The notes beneath the pieces are model-generated. The model searched no databases, was not told the origin of the DNA, and saw only the letters and a program-made list of their open reading frames with translations. From a virus (lineage: Duplodnaviria > Heunggongvirae > Uroviricota > Caudoviricetes > Demerecviridae), in the IMG/VR virus record IMGVR_UViG_2974570554_000001: a stretch of 64,000 nucleotides of DNA; one strand, given 5' to 3'. The position numbers were made by a program, and so were the translations under genes. Below, piece after piece: positions 43,925-52,814 of this stretch. Position 1 is the stretch's first letter, and each line of letters starts with the position of its first letter.

Positions 43925-45577
43925 ATGTCATACAACATCCCTTACCTAGCAGCACTTATCACTGACGGCTACAAAGTATTCCACCCGTTTGCTTACCGCC
44001 CAGGCACCACTCACGTGTACAGTAATGGTACTGCTCGTTTTAATAAACACTCGAACGTACCAAACAACGCTGAAATCGTTCACTTTGGTATCCAAATGGC
44101 TCTACAGAAGCTAAACACATTGTGGAACGAAAACTTCTTCAAGCACCCTAAAGAAGCAGTTCTAGCAGAATACCAACGTGTTATCTCTGGCTACCTAGGC
44201 AAGAAAATTAGTGTAGACCATATTGCTAAACTACACGATGTTGGTTATCTGCCAATCGAAGTTAAGTCACTACCAGAAGGTTCTCTTGTACCTTACGGTG
44301 TGCCACCATACACTATTCACAACACTGTGGAAGGTCTAGGTTGGGTAACTAACCTGCTAGAAACTCCATTCAGTGCTGAGTATTGGCCTGCTGTAACATC
44401 TGCTACTACTGCATTTGCTTACCGCTCTCGATTCGAACAAGTACCATCACTACGTGCTGGCGGTATGATTAAGTTCATGGGTCACGACTTCTCTGCTCGT
44501 GGTCTGTGGGGTATGTTTGCACCAGAACAGAATGGTCACTTGACTTCATTTGTTGGTACAGACTCTATGGTATCTGGTCTAGCAATGGAGCAATACTACG
44601 ATGCTCGTATCGACAAAGAGCTAGTAATGGCTTCTGTTGATGCTACAGAGCACTCGGTAATGTGCAGCTACGAAACAGAGAACGAGCTAGAATCATTGAT
44701 TCACTTGATTAGCAACGTTACTCCAAACGGTATTATCTCTATCGTTTCGGATACATGGGACTTCTGGCAGTTGGTAACTCAATACCTACCACAAATCAAA
44801 GACCTAATCATGTCTCGTGATGGTACAGTGGTTATTCGTCCAGACTCAGGCGACCCTGTTGAAATCTTGTGTGGTTTAGGTAACTGGGTAGAAGTGGACG
44901 CCCGAGTATACCGAAAAGCAGCATATCATGATGATGTATCTGAGTCAGAAAATAATAGTTATTACAAGTTCTTCAATGAGTGGAAAGACTGCGAATATGC
45001 AAAATACAAAGGTACATTCTACAAAATTAAACGTGAATCATATCATGGATATGTAGAACTTCAAGAAGAAGTACCAGAGCACGAAGTTAAAGGTCTAGTA
45101 GAATGTCTATGGGATACATTCGGTGGTACAGAAGTTGATGGTCTACGTCTTCTAGACTCTCACATCGGAGCAATTTACGGTGACTCTATTACTCTAGCAC
45201 GTCAAGACCAAATTATCGAGCGTTTGCTTGCTAAAGGTTTTGTTCCTAGCGTAGTTCTTGGTATTGGCTCATTCACATACCAGTATGTTACTCGTGATAC
45301 TCACGGCTTTGCTATTAAAGCTACTGACATTCAAGTTGGTGAAGGCAATCACATTGCTATTAGCAAAGACCCTAAAACTGACCAAAGCAAAAAGTCTGCT
45401 AAAGGCTTGCTAATGGTCGTAAAAGACGGCGATAGCTACCGTCTAGTGGCAGACGTTACTCCAGAGCAGGAAGCTTCGGAAGAAAACTGCCTAAAAACTA
45501 TCTTCAAAGACGGTGAGTTCGTTAAACGTACCTCACTTGCTGAAATCCGTGCTCGAATTGACTCGCATTTCGCGTAA
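43925..45577 (+). CDS. nicotinamide phosphoribosyltransferase (NAMPT/NadV) homologue; candidate Namat-type nicotinamide-ADPR transferase
   Basis: 550 aa; N-terminal ...TDGYKVFHP... and the overall length match NAMPT-family enzymes; RBS AGAGAAGGAAATA. Confidence 0.65.
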   Translation: MSYNIPYLAALITDGYKVFHPFAYRPGTTHVYSNGTARFNKHSNVPNNAEIVHFGIQMALQKLNTLWNENFFKHPKEAVLAEYQRVISGYLGKKISVDHIAKLHDVGYLPIEVKSLPEGSLVPYGVPPYTIHNTVEGLGWVTNLLETPFSAEYWPAVTSATTAFAYRSRFEQVPSLRAGGMIKFMGHDFSARGLWGMFAPEQNGHLTSFVGTDSMVSGLAMEQYYDARIDKELVMASVDATEHSVMCSYETENELESLIHLISNVTPNGIISIVSDTWDFWQLVTQYLPQIKDLIMSRDGTVVIRPDSGDPVEILCGLGNWVEVDARVYRKAAYHDDVSESENNSYYKFFNEWKDCEYAKYKGTFYKIKRESYHGYVELQEEVPEHEVKGLVECLWDTFGGTEVDGLRLLDSHIGAIYGDSITLARQDQIIERLLAKGFVPSVVLGIGSFTYQYVTRDTHGFAIKATDIQVGEGNHIAISKDPKTDQSKKSAKGLLMVVKDGDSYRLVADVTPEQEASEENCLKTIFKDGEFVKRTSLAEIRARIDSHFA

Positions 45578-45597
45578 ATAAATTAAAATAAATAAAA

Positions 45598-45625
45598 GAA
45601 AAGGCTACCTAGGTAGCCTTTTATA
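45598..45625 (+). terminator. rho-independent terminator
   Basis: aaaaggctacc-tag-gtagcctttt palindrome. Confidence 0.6.
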
Positions 45626-45641
45626 TTCGTGGGAGAATATA

Positions 45642-46289
45642 TTGATAGAATTATTAGATTTTCATGGTAGCGACAACGCTATTGCTAACAGTGCTCGTGT
45701 TAGTTTTGCTGATTTTGGTGTTTGGAACGAAATTCCAGAGAATTACTCCGTGGAGCGACGTAATAAACTAATTAAGTACCTAGCCAACCACAAACATTTA
45801 ACCCCATTCAGACACACTTCACTAAGTATTCGCTGTAAAGCACCTATTTTTATCGCCAGACAACTAGGTAAACACCAAGCAGGACTATCGTGGAATGAAG
45901 TATCAAGACGTTATGTAAAATCTAATGTAAAGTTCTTTATTCCTGAAAAATGGAGAGCAGCACCTGAAGGTAGTATAAAGCAGGGGAGCGCAGGTACACA
46001 CCCAGATAATGATAATATTAAACTAGGATATGATCACTTTATCGAGCACTGTGAGGAGTTCTATAATAAACTTCTCTCCGATGGAGTGGCTCCAGAAATG
46101 GCTAGAATGGTTCTACCTCAATCTATGATGACAGAGTGGGTATGGACAGGTAACTTACTTGCAATGGCTCACATCTATAAAGAACGAATTGCTCCTGGAG
46201 CGCAGGAAGAGGTAAGAGAGTTCGCTAAAAAATTAGACTCAGTTATAAGACCGCTCTTTCCAATTTCTTGGTCTGCTTTAGTAGATTAA
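45642..46289 (+). CDS. thyX: flavin-dependent thymidylate synthase ThyX
   Basis: ThyX signature RHR-x7-S region ...KHQAGLSWNEVSRRY; about 215 aa. Confidence 0.65.
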   Translation: MIELLDFHGSDNAIANSARVSFADFGVWNEIPENYSVERRNKLIKYLANHKHLTPFRHTSLSIRCKAPIFIARQLGKHQAGLSWNEVSRRYVKSNVKFFIPEKWRAAPEGSIKQGSAGTHPDNDNIKLGYDHFIEHCEEFYNKLLSDGVAPEMARMVLPQSMMTEWVWTGNLLAMAHIYKERIAPGAQEEVREFAKKLDSVIRPLFPISWSALVD

Positions 46290-46296
46290 TAACCAC

Positions 46297-46322
46297 AGGG
46301 GCTACTTCGGTAGCCCCTTTAA
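46297..46322 (+). terminator. rho-independent terminator
   Basis: aggggctac-ttcg-gtagcccct hairpin followed by TTTAA. Confidence 0.55.
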
Positions 46323-46338
46323 CATTTAATTAATATAG

Positions 46339-46371
46339 TTGCAAATTTCTCATAACATGGTATTATATAAT
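46339..46371 (+). promoter_or_regulatory. promoter variant
   Basis: -35 TTGCAA at 46339; -10 TATTAT/TATAAT around 46361-46371. Confidence 0.4.
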
Positions 46372-46391
46372 CATTCAGAGGAGAATTACAT

Positions 46392-46901
46392 ATGAAAAAA
46401 CTTTTAGCAACAATTTTAATGGTAGCAGCTTGTGGTACTGCATCTGCAGCAGAACTTAACTTATCTGCCCAACAAGGTATGATTACAGACTCAGTTAGAG
46501 GAGACACCCTGGCAGGGGTTCAGTTATCTGTAGATGATATTTACGAAGGCGTAGGGCTTTATGGTAGTGTTGGCAAGATACATGGTGACTCTGTACCTAA
46601 AGATATAAACTCTAATAAACGATATAGAAGTATTGGTGTAACCTATAAAGCTACAGATAACGTAACAGTATATACAGGTTTTTCTCAAGCCAGATATTCT
46701 GGGAAATCCGAAACTTACTATGTGCATCAGGTAGTGGAAGGCAGAAAAATGAAGTTAAAAGCACACAGAGCAGTGCACGATGACAAAAATGGTATCGAAG
46801 TAGGTATGCGCTATACAATGGATAACGGCTTAGCTTTCGGTATGGGGTATAATACAGCACCTAAGGCGGTGTTTACAACTATTGGTTGGACATTTAAGTA
46901 A
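46392..46901 (+). CDS. Ail/Lom/OmpX-like small outer-membrane beta-barrel protein
   Basis: Signal peptide ...TASAA; alternating beta pattern; C-terminal ...TIGWTFK aromatic terminus. Confidence 0.5.
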   Translation: MKKLLATILMVAACGTASAAELNLSAQQGMITDSVRGDTLAGVQLSVDDIYEGVGLYGSVGKIHGDSVPKDINSNKRYRSIGVTYKATDNVTVYTGFSQARYSGKSETYYVHQVVEGRKMKLKAHRAVHDDKNGIEVGMRYTMDNGLAFGMGYNTAPKAVFTTIGWTFK

Positions 46902-46914
46902 ATAAATGAAAATA

Positions 46915-46947
46915 AGGGTTGCTTCGGCAACCCTTTTAACGTATAAT
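46915..46947 (+). promoter_or_regulatory. terminator-hairpin / T5-promoter fusion
   Basis: gggttgcttcggcaaccc hairpin followed by TTTT; its TTGCTT is the -35 (46919) for -10 TATAAT at 46942. Confidence 0.6.
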
Positions 46948-46978
46948 AGTTACATAAAGTTGAGAAACGGAGATTTTT

Positions 46979-47275
46979 ATGAAAGTAACTCTACATACAA
47001 TGTTTGAAGGTAACGGTAACTACTGGATTTCAGTACTACTGCGTAACAACATGTGTAAGAACTCATTAGATACAGACAATTATGTAGAGTTTAACTGTGG
47101 TAAGGGTATTCGTTCAGCAGTAGACAAGGCAGCTAAACTACGTAAAGTCCTAGATACAGGGCAAAAGTTAATAGATGAAGATGAACTCTGGATTCTAGTG
47201 GAGCGTGGGGCAGTTACTGCTGAAGAATTAAAAGAAGCATATGCAGACGTGGAGGTTATGTATGAGAGATATTAA
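46979..47275 (+). CDS. hypothetical protein
   Basis: 98 aa after the canonical leader. Confidence 0.45.
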   Translation: MKVTLHTMFEGNGNYWISVLLRNNMCKNSLDTDNYVEFNCGKGIRSAVDKAAKLRKVLDTGQKLIDEDELWILVERGAVTAEELKEAYADVEVMYERY

Positions 47276-47516
47276 AGAGCAAAAACTACGTGAAGATTGG
47301 GCTAGTGCTAAGATTGAGCTTAACAAAGGCATTCTAAAAATCAACAAGCTGCTGGCTCGTCAAGAGCAGGGTACTGTAGGCATGAAAGTGTCTAAAGATG
47401 CCTACAAAGCCATCCGTGACCTAGAAGATGCTTGGCTTGCTAAAAGTGCTCTACAAGGTGAAGTTAATCGTTGTGAGCGTAATCTAAAGAACTACTTGTT
47501 TAACAAATACCTATAG
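47262..47516 (+). CDS. hypothetical protein
   Basis: RBS GGAGGTTATGT. Confidence 0.4.
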   Translation: MRDIKEQKLREDWASAKIELNKGILKINKLLARQEQGTVGMKVSKDAYKAIRDLEDAWLAKSALQGEVNRCERNLKNYLFNKYL

Positions 47517-47524
47517 GTGAAGAT

Positions 47525-47893
47525 ATGAAAGCATACGAAGTAAACCTTCAAACAGAACCAGTAGTTGTATTCTGTGACCCAGAGAAGGCACAGTTCTTCT
47601 TTATCGACGACCCAGACGATAAGGCTTGGAGTAAATTCTTCTGGAAGGTTACAAGCTTAGGTAAACTAGCAGAGATGCTGGCTAAAATGTTTTACCACCA
47701 AAAGGATTGTTGGGGCGACCCATTCCTAGAAGGGTTCGGTGTGGTTAAGTACAATGATAGTAACAATACCTACTTCATTGAAGATAAAGAGTTTGGTAAA
47801 ATTATTATCGAAATGGAAGATTTAGACCACCATTGGGATTACGTTAACGTGACCAAAAAACTTGATAAAGAGCTTGCTCGTTTAGTTAAATAG
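47525..47893 (+). CDS. hypothetical protein
   Basis: 122 aa. Confidence 0.45.
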   Translation: MKAYEVNLQTEPVVVFCDPEKAQFFFIDDPDDKAWSKFFWKVTSLGKLAEMLAKMFYHQKDCWGDPFLEGFGVVKYNDSNNTYFIEDKEFGKIIIEMEDLDHHWDYVNVTKKLDKELARLVK

Positions 47894-47903
47894 GAGATAG
47901 TCT

Positions 47904-48308
47904 ATGATTAGAAGTATTATAGCAGATTTGTTGGATGCTGGTTTTATTGGTTGGTTCATCTTGGCAATAGGTACTTTTCTAGCGTTTTTAATGCTATGGG
48001 GTATCTTTATTGCGGTGGACTCTGTAGGTATTGATACCAGATCTTATGTAGTACAGGCATACGCTAAGAAGTATCACCCAGCCTATACTACTACCACAAT
48101 GGTGTCTAATGGTAACGGTGGTATGACACCAGTTATTCAATACCACCCAGAACGCTGGACTGCCTCTGTAGCTTATGAAGGTAATGGTCTTAGCTGTGAG
48201 ATTGACCAACTAACTTATCACCAACTAAAGCTACCTCAAGAAGTAGTTGCTCATATTGGTCAAGGAAGAATTACAGCGTATAGCTACTGCACGGGCATTC
48301 AACTTTAA
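47904..48308 (+). CDS. membrane protein
   Basis: N-terminal TM helix. Confidence 0.45.
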   Translation: MIRSIIADLLDAGFIGWFILAIGTFLAFLMLWGIFIAVDSVGIDTRSYVVQAYAKKYHPAYTTTTMVSNGNGGMTPVIQYHPERWTASVAYEGNGLSCEIDQLTYHQLKLPQEVVAHIGQGRITAYSYCTGIQL

Positions 48309-48315
48309 TATTGAA

Positions 48316-48344
48316 TTGCTAAACATCGGAAATTAACGTATAAT
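48316..48344 (+). promoter_or_regulatory. T5-type early promoter
   Basis: -35 TTGCTA at 48316, -10 TATAAT at 48339. Confidence 0.65.
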
Positions 48345-48376
48345 AGTTACATAAAGTTGAGAAACGGAGATTGTTT

Positions 48377-48916
48377 ATGAATTACCAAGAATACGTAGAA
48401 GCGGTACAAAAACGTGCAGCACTTATCAAGGACATGAAGCGTAAGGACATTACTGTAGGACAGCTAGATGACTGGAAAGCGGTAAAAGCAAGTCTAGAAA
48501 AAGAGATGCGCAAGTTCATCTGGACGTGGGCTTGCCACATGCGCAGCTTTATCTGCAATAACCCTGACTTGTTTGACGGTGAGACTTTCCGCATTATGGA
48601 CAGCCACTACAACATCAACAAGCAACCATTGTTAAAGGTTCGCAAGGATGGTGGCCTAGCCTTACGCATGGAGCAGGATTGTGGTGAATATCGTGAAATG
48701 GGTAATGTTATCGTTGTACCTAAAGACTTCATCCTAGACCGTGAAGCGTATATTCGTCGTCGAAAAGTATTTATGGCGTACAAGAAAATAGAGCAGCGTG
48801 AGAAGCACATTATCTTACTCCAAGAGAAGCAAAAACAAGTTAGAACACAGATAGGCCTAGAACAAACACAGCTGGCAGCAGCTAAACTACAGCTACAGGA
48901 GCTAATCAATGATTAA
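48377..48916 (+). CDS. hypothetical protein
   Basis: ATG directly after the GGAGATTGTTT leader. Confidence 0.5.
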   Translation: MNYQEYVEAVQKRAALIKDMKRKDITVGQLDDWKAVKASLEKEMRKFIWTWACHMRSFICNNPDLFDGETFRIMDSHYNINKQPLLKVRKDGGLALRMEQDCGEYREMGNVIVVPKDFILDREAYIRRRKVFMAYKKIEQREKHIILLQEKQKQVRTQIGLEQTQLAAAKLQLQELIND

Positions 48917-49304
48917 AGATACACTATTTATTCAAGAACTAAGTCTAGTCGCTTTTGCTAACTCGCTAGGCTTCTATATGGTACAGAACGAACGTGGTCT
49001 ACGTTTCTTCGCAGACGCTCGTGACGTTAAAGTTTCATTCGACCGCATGATTGAATGGCACAACGGTGTGGTTCGTGGTCGTGGCTTCTGGTGTATGTCA
49101 TTGGCTAACATCTCTGAGTGGATTTCTCAGGTTGCTTGTCGTCGTATCACCGAAGAAGAGCTATCTAAAGCATATGGTGAACGTCTTGTGTACGAGATCA
49201 AGTACAAATACAGCAAGAAGAAAGCTCGTTGGGTCAAGCAATACGACACTGACAACATCATCAAATACACTGAACGTGGTAGTGCTAACTACGGTATTAA
49301 ATAA
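48909..49304 (+). CDS. hypothetical protein
   Basis: 131 aa. Confidence 0.45.
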   Translation: MIKDTLFIQELSLVAFANSLGFYMVQNERGLRFFADARDVKVSFDRMIEWHNGVVRGRGFWCMSLANISEWISQVACRRITEEELSKAYGERLVYEIKYKYSKKKARWVKQYDTDNIIKYTERGSANYGIK

Positions 49305-49316
49305 AGGAGAAACACT

Positions 49317-49589
49317 ATGAATAAAACCTACAAACTACCTATTACGTTAACACTACTAGTTTGTTGTATAATGATGTTGTTAGGCATCGCAACCACTACA
49401 ATAGCAGGGCATTTGACTTTCTTAGCTGGTGTTATAGGAACAGCCTTATGCGTGGTTGCTTTTATACTTAATAGTATCTTTGATAGTATACAAGCTTTTA
49501 GGTTAGAGCAAAAGAATAATGCTATATTCTTGGAATCCTTGTCGATTAATATAGCTAGGATTCAAGGGGCGATGGAAAGTACGAAATAA
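49317..49589 (+). CDS. membrane protein
   Basis: Two TM helices; RBS AGGAGAAACACT. Confidence 0.4.
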   Translation: MNKTYKLPITLTLLVCCIMMLLGIATTTIAGHLTFLAGVIGTALCVVAFILNSIFDSIQAFRLEQKNNAIFLESLSINIARIQGAMESTK

Positions 49590-49597
49590 GATAAATA

Positions 49598-49631
49598 AAG
49601 GGTTGCTTCGGCAACCCTTTTCGCGTATAAT
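49598..49631 (+). promoter_or_regulatory. terminator-hairpin / T5-promoter fusion
   Basis: gggttgcttcggcaaccc followed by TTTT; TTGCTT is the -35 (49603) for -10 TATAAT at 49626. Confidence 0.6.
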
Positions 49632-49664
49632 AGTTACATAAAGTTGAGAAAGAGAGAAAAGCTT

Positions 49665-49946
49665 ATGTCAAACATCCAACAGATTTTCCGTGTACAAATA
49701 ATGTTAGCTAATGACGCTACTCAAGACTACGATACGTTCTACAGCAACTTTGAAAAGGATTCTCAATACTCCGCAGCTAAACGTGAGTTCTTCATTGAGT
49801 ACATGGGCAACGAATGGTGGGTTGATACTTTCTCTAATCATCTATGCTGTGTAACTGAGTTTAACACTATCGAAGCGGCACAGGAAGCAGAGCAAGAAGG
49901 CTATGAACTCCTAACATCATACGGTTACTGGAAAGAGGAAGAGTAA
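49665..49946 (+). CDS. hypothetical protein
   Basis: ATG after the leader ...GAGAAAGAGAGAAAAGCTT. Confidence 0.45.
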   Translation: MSNIQQIFRVQIMLANDATQDYDTFYSNFEKDSQYSAAKREFFIEYMGNEWWVDTFSNHLCCVTEFNTIEAAQEAEQEGYELLTSYGYWKEEE

Positions 49947-50272
49947 TGAAGAGCTTAGTCGATGAACTGCAACTCTTAGTAGAGACGGAAGGTCTAGGTG
50001 TCATTAACCGTAAACGTTTCCTGCGTATGTGTAAGCGTCATGGTGTTAGCTACTATATTGCTACGGAGATGCTCATTTGGTCAGGCATTCTTCTCCCTAA
50101 GACAGACAAGCAATGGCATCCTTGTCTAATCAACTTAACGCCACGAGAGTGGCACACATACCACGGCTGGAAGCATAAAGGTTGGCAGGTTCTACGTGGT
50201 GAAATGGCAACTCGTATTAATAATAAACCAATGTTTAGTAACTTACAAGTAAAGTGGATTCCTTATGAATAA
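49946..50272 (+). CDS. hypothetical protein
   Basis: 108 aa. Confidence 0.45.
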   Translation: MKSLVDELQLLVETEGLGVINRKRFLRMCKRHGVSYYIATEMLIWSGILLPKTDKQWHPCLINLTPREWHTYHGWKHKGWQVLRGEMATRINNKPMFSNLQVKWIPYE

Positions 50273-50579
50273 ATTAATTATCGTACTAGCACTAATCCCT
50301 AGCCTAGCAATGGCTACAGCAAAATCAGAGAAGGACATTATGCAAATGCTTGCATCTGCACCTATTGCTCGTGTTGCTTGTAGCCGTCTAGATTACTCTG
50401 ACGACTGTGAGCAATATGTTGAAGACAAGATTCGTGAAGATATGCTTGACTCCGGCTACACTAAGAAAGAAGCCAATGCATGTGCTGAATCAACCCTTAA
50501 AGCCAACGATGAATTAGGTATGCAATGTGCAGAAGCCTTTGATCTAGGTGATGAATATGAAGATTTCTTAAATAACTAA
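50265..50579 (+). CDS. secreted acidic Cys-containing protein
   Basis: Signal peptide MNKLIIVLALIPSLAMA. Confidence 0.45.
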   Translation: MNKLIIVLALIPSLAMATAKSEKDIMQMLASAPIARVACSRLDYSDDCEQYVEDKIREDMLDSGYTKKEANACAESTLKANDELGMQCAEAFDLGDEYEDFLNN

Positions 50580-50608
50580 TTGTCAAAACATCAAAATCTT
50601 TATATAAT
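50580..50608 (+). promoter_or_regulatory. T5-type early promoter
   Basis: -35 TTGTCA at 50580, -10 TATAAT at 50603. Confidence 0.55.
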
Positions 50609-50639
50609 ATATACATAAATTGAAACGGAGATTGTCTTT

Positions 50640-51197
50640 ATGAAATTTGATATGTACTGTGATTGGTCGCCTGCTGCTATTGGTGTTGTTGTGGTTGAAG
50701 AAGGTCGTGGTGTTTATTACAAGCGTTACGAAACTGAATGGCATAACTCTACTTTCGGTGAGCTTGAGGCAGTAAACATCTGTTTCGACCTAATTGATGA
50801 ACTGGGCTTACAGAACGTAACAATTCATACAGACCATGAGCCGTTAATCCTAGCAATCGAGCGTAATGTTGTTCCTAAATGTAAAAAGACTAAGAACCTA
50901 GATACGCTTGCTAATAAGGTTGAACTATACCGCAATACAATGCAACGCTTCCAAGACCGTGACGATGTGAAAGCTGTACACTGTAAGTCACACGCTGGTA
51001 ACGTCTTTAACTGTGCTGCTGATGTGTTAGCTCGCAAACAATCTAACGACAAGATTATGAGCGACTGGGAACAACGTCTTAGAGCAAACAATAAATTTCA
51101 CACAGCAGCAAGACGAGCAACTAAACCCCTCCCAACACTTTGGGACGTGGCACAAGCTTGGTTCACTAATATGGTATATGGAGTGGTAGTATGTTAA
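50640..51197 (+). CDS. RNase H-fold protein (second RNase H-like gene)
   Basis: MYCDWS (D), GELEAV (E), TIHTDHE (D), HAGNVFNCAADVLA (H, D) are spaced like the RNase HI catalytic residues. Confidence 0.4.
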   Translation: MKFDMYCDWSPAAIGVVVVEEGRGVYYKRYETEWHNSTFGELEAVNICFDLIDELGLQNVTIHTDHEPLILAIERNVVPKCKKTKNLDTLANKVELYRNTMQRFQDRDDVKAVHCKSHAGNVFNCAADVLARKQSNDKIMSDWEQRLRANNKFHTAARRATKPLPTLWDVAQAWFTNMVYGVVVC

Positions 51198-51352
51198 AAG
51201 GTATTCCAGCAGATGTTTTTGTGGTAGCAATCGCAGGTTTCTCAGTTCTTCTAGCTCTAGGAGCACCCGTATTAATGGCTGTGTTTAATATTCTAATCTG
51301 TATTAATGCTGCTAAACGAGCACCTATCATAGGCAAAGACGGAATTTTCTAA

Positions 51353-51381
51353 TTGCTTAACTAACTAAATTCTTATATAAT
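51353..51381 (+). promoter_or_regulatory. T5-type early promoter (copy 1 of a near-identical triplet)
   Basis: -35 TTGCTT at 51353, -10 TATAAT at 51376; module AATTGCTTAACTAA...TATAAT..GTATAAATTGAAACGGAGATAGTCTTTATG. Confidence 0.6.
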
Positions 51382-51412
51382 GTATGTATAAATTGAAACG
51401 GAGATAGTCTTT

Positions 51413-51808
51413 ATGAAACTTTACATTGCAGTAGACGCTAAGGTTAGCAGCACCCCTCGAAGCCATCGTCCATTCCCTGAGAACCCTGGTGGGCATATTA
51501 CCCTAGCTTTCATGGACGTGGCAGAGACGGATAAGTTATATACCTGTAACCTAGACTTCTTGTATGACCCCGCTACAGTAGTTGGCGTTGAGTATTGGGA
51601 ACACGCTGACGTTACGGTTCTTCTTATCGACTCTGATGGTTTAGCACCAGCTAGAGAATACCTAGAGAAACAAGGCTTTACCTATGACCATGACTTTATC
51701 CCACATATCACTGTGGCTAAAGGTAATAAGGCAAAAGCGTACAAAGACTACGTTTGTTGCTCAGTTAGTCTAGGACATACATATCTGCGAGTTAAAGACT
51801 TTTCGTAA
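51413..51808 (+). CDS. hypothetical protein
   Basis: 131 aa. Confidence 0.45.
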   Translation: MKLYIAVDAKVSSTPRSHRPFPENPGGHITLAFMDVAETDKLYTCNLDFLYDPATVVGVEYWEHADVTVLLIDSDGLAPAREYLEKQGFTYDHDFIPHITVAKGNKAKAYKDYVCCSVSLGHTYLRVKDFS

Positions 51809-51816
51809 ATCTAGAA

Positions 51817-51845
51817 TTGCTTAACTAACTAAATTCTTATATAAT
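51817..51845 (+). promoter_or_regulatory. T5-type early promoter (copy 2 of the triplet)
   Basis: -35 TTGCTT at 51817, -10 TATAAT at 51840. Confidence 0.6.
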
Positions 51846-51876
51846 ATATGTATAAATTGAAACGGAGATAGTCTTT

Positions 51877-52221
51877 ATGAAAAATTACCTTTACGTAGTA
51901 CGCATGGATGGTGACATTTGTGGTATCGAGCAACACGACCTAGTGGCGTTCGAAACAGATACTCCAGCAGAGCTTACTCAGTTCTACCAATGTATCGAAG
52001 GCATGGCTCGTGACCACGTTTCTATGTACCTAGACGAAGATGAGTACGAAGAAGAAACTGGTATGGAAATGGAAGTAGAGTCTGAAATCTTCCACTACAC
52101 ACCTGAGCAATGGGGTGACTGGTACACATGTGCAGAAGGTCAATGGCACAACCGTGAAGGCTACCACAACATCGCTCAAGACGAAAACGGTTACTGGTAC
52201 GTTGTAGAAGGAGACAAGTAA
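51877..52221 (+). CDS. hypothetical acidic protein
   Basis: 114 aa. Confidence 0.45.
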   Translation: MKNYLYVVRMDGDICGIEQHDLVAFETDTPAELTQFYQCIEGMARDHVSMYLDEDEYEEETGMEMEVESEIFHYTPEQWGDWYTCAEGQWHNREGYHNIAQDENGYWYVVEGDK

Positions 52222-52469
52222 TGAAACTATGGCACTTAATTTTGGCACTAGTAGTTGGTGTTACGATGATGGCATTTGGTACTGCTAACATTATTGAAGT
52301 GGGCATGAAGGAATATGGGGAAACCATTCACCTTCAAGTATGTAATGGTGATATTACCAAAGCAGAAGCTGCGGTAGAGCTTAAAAACGCACCTTTCACA
52401 GATATTGCTATTGAAGGCTACAAGTCGATGGACTGTAGCGATGTTCGTAAACTAGTGGATGAATTATAA
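52221..52469 (+). CDS. membrane-anchored protein
   Basis: N-terminal TM helix. Confidence 0.4.
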   Translation: MKLWHLILALVVGVTMMAFGTANIIEVGMKEYGETIHLQVCNGDITKAEAAVELKNAPFTDIAIEGYKSMDCSDVRKLVDEL

Positions 52470-52747
52470 TGGAATTTGTAGAAGTAACAGCAGAACTACG
52501 TCAATACGGTTTATTTGTTCGTGGCGGCAACACACACCAAAAGTTAGCATTTAAGCTCAAGTCAACCTCAGCACAAGCGGCGATGCGACAGTTCACAAAG
52601 CATTACCGATACGCGCTAGGGGTTGACCCTGACAAGATGGAAACATTCTTTGTTGTACCAAAATGTGAAGAAGGCTATGACTTCTATAGTACTGATTCGG
52701 ACGGCTGGGATATTAACAACAAGTTCTATCCAGCGTGTAACAAATAA
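52469..52747 (+). CDS. hypothetical protein
   Basis: 92 aa. Confidence 0.4.
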   Translation: MEFVEVTAELRQYGLFVRGGNTHQKLAFKLKSTSAQAAMRQFTKHYRYALGVDPDKMETFFVVPKCEEGYDFYSTDSDGWDINNKFYPACNK

Positions 52748-52756
52748 AATCTAGAA

Positions 52757-52785
52757 TTGCTTAACTAATCAAAATCTCATATAAT
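52757..52785 (+). promoter_or_regulatory. T5-type early promoter (copy 3 of the triplet)
   Basis: -35 TTGCTT at 52757, -10 TATAAT at 52780. Confidence 0.6.
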
Positions 52786-52814
52786 ATATACATAAATTGA
52801 AACGGAGATAGTCT

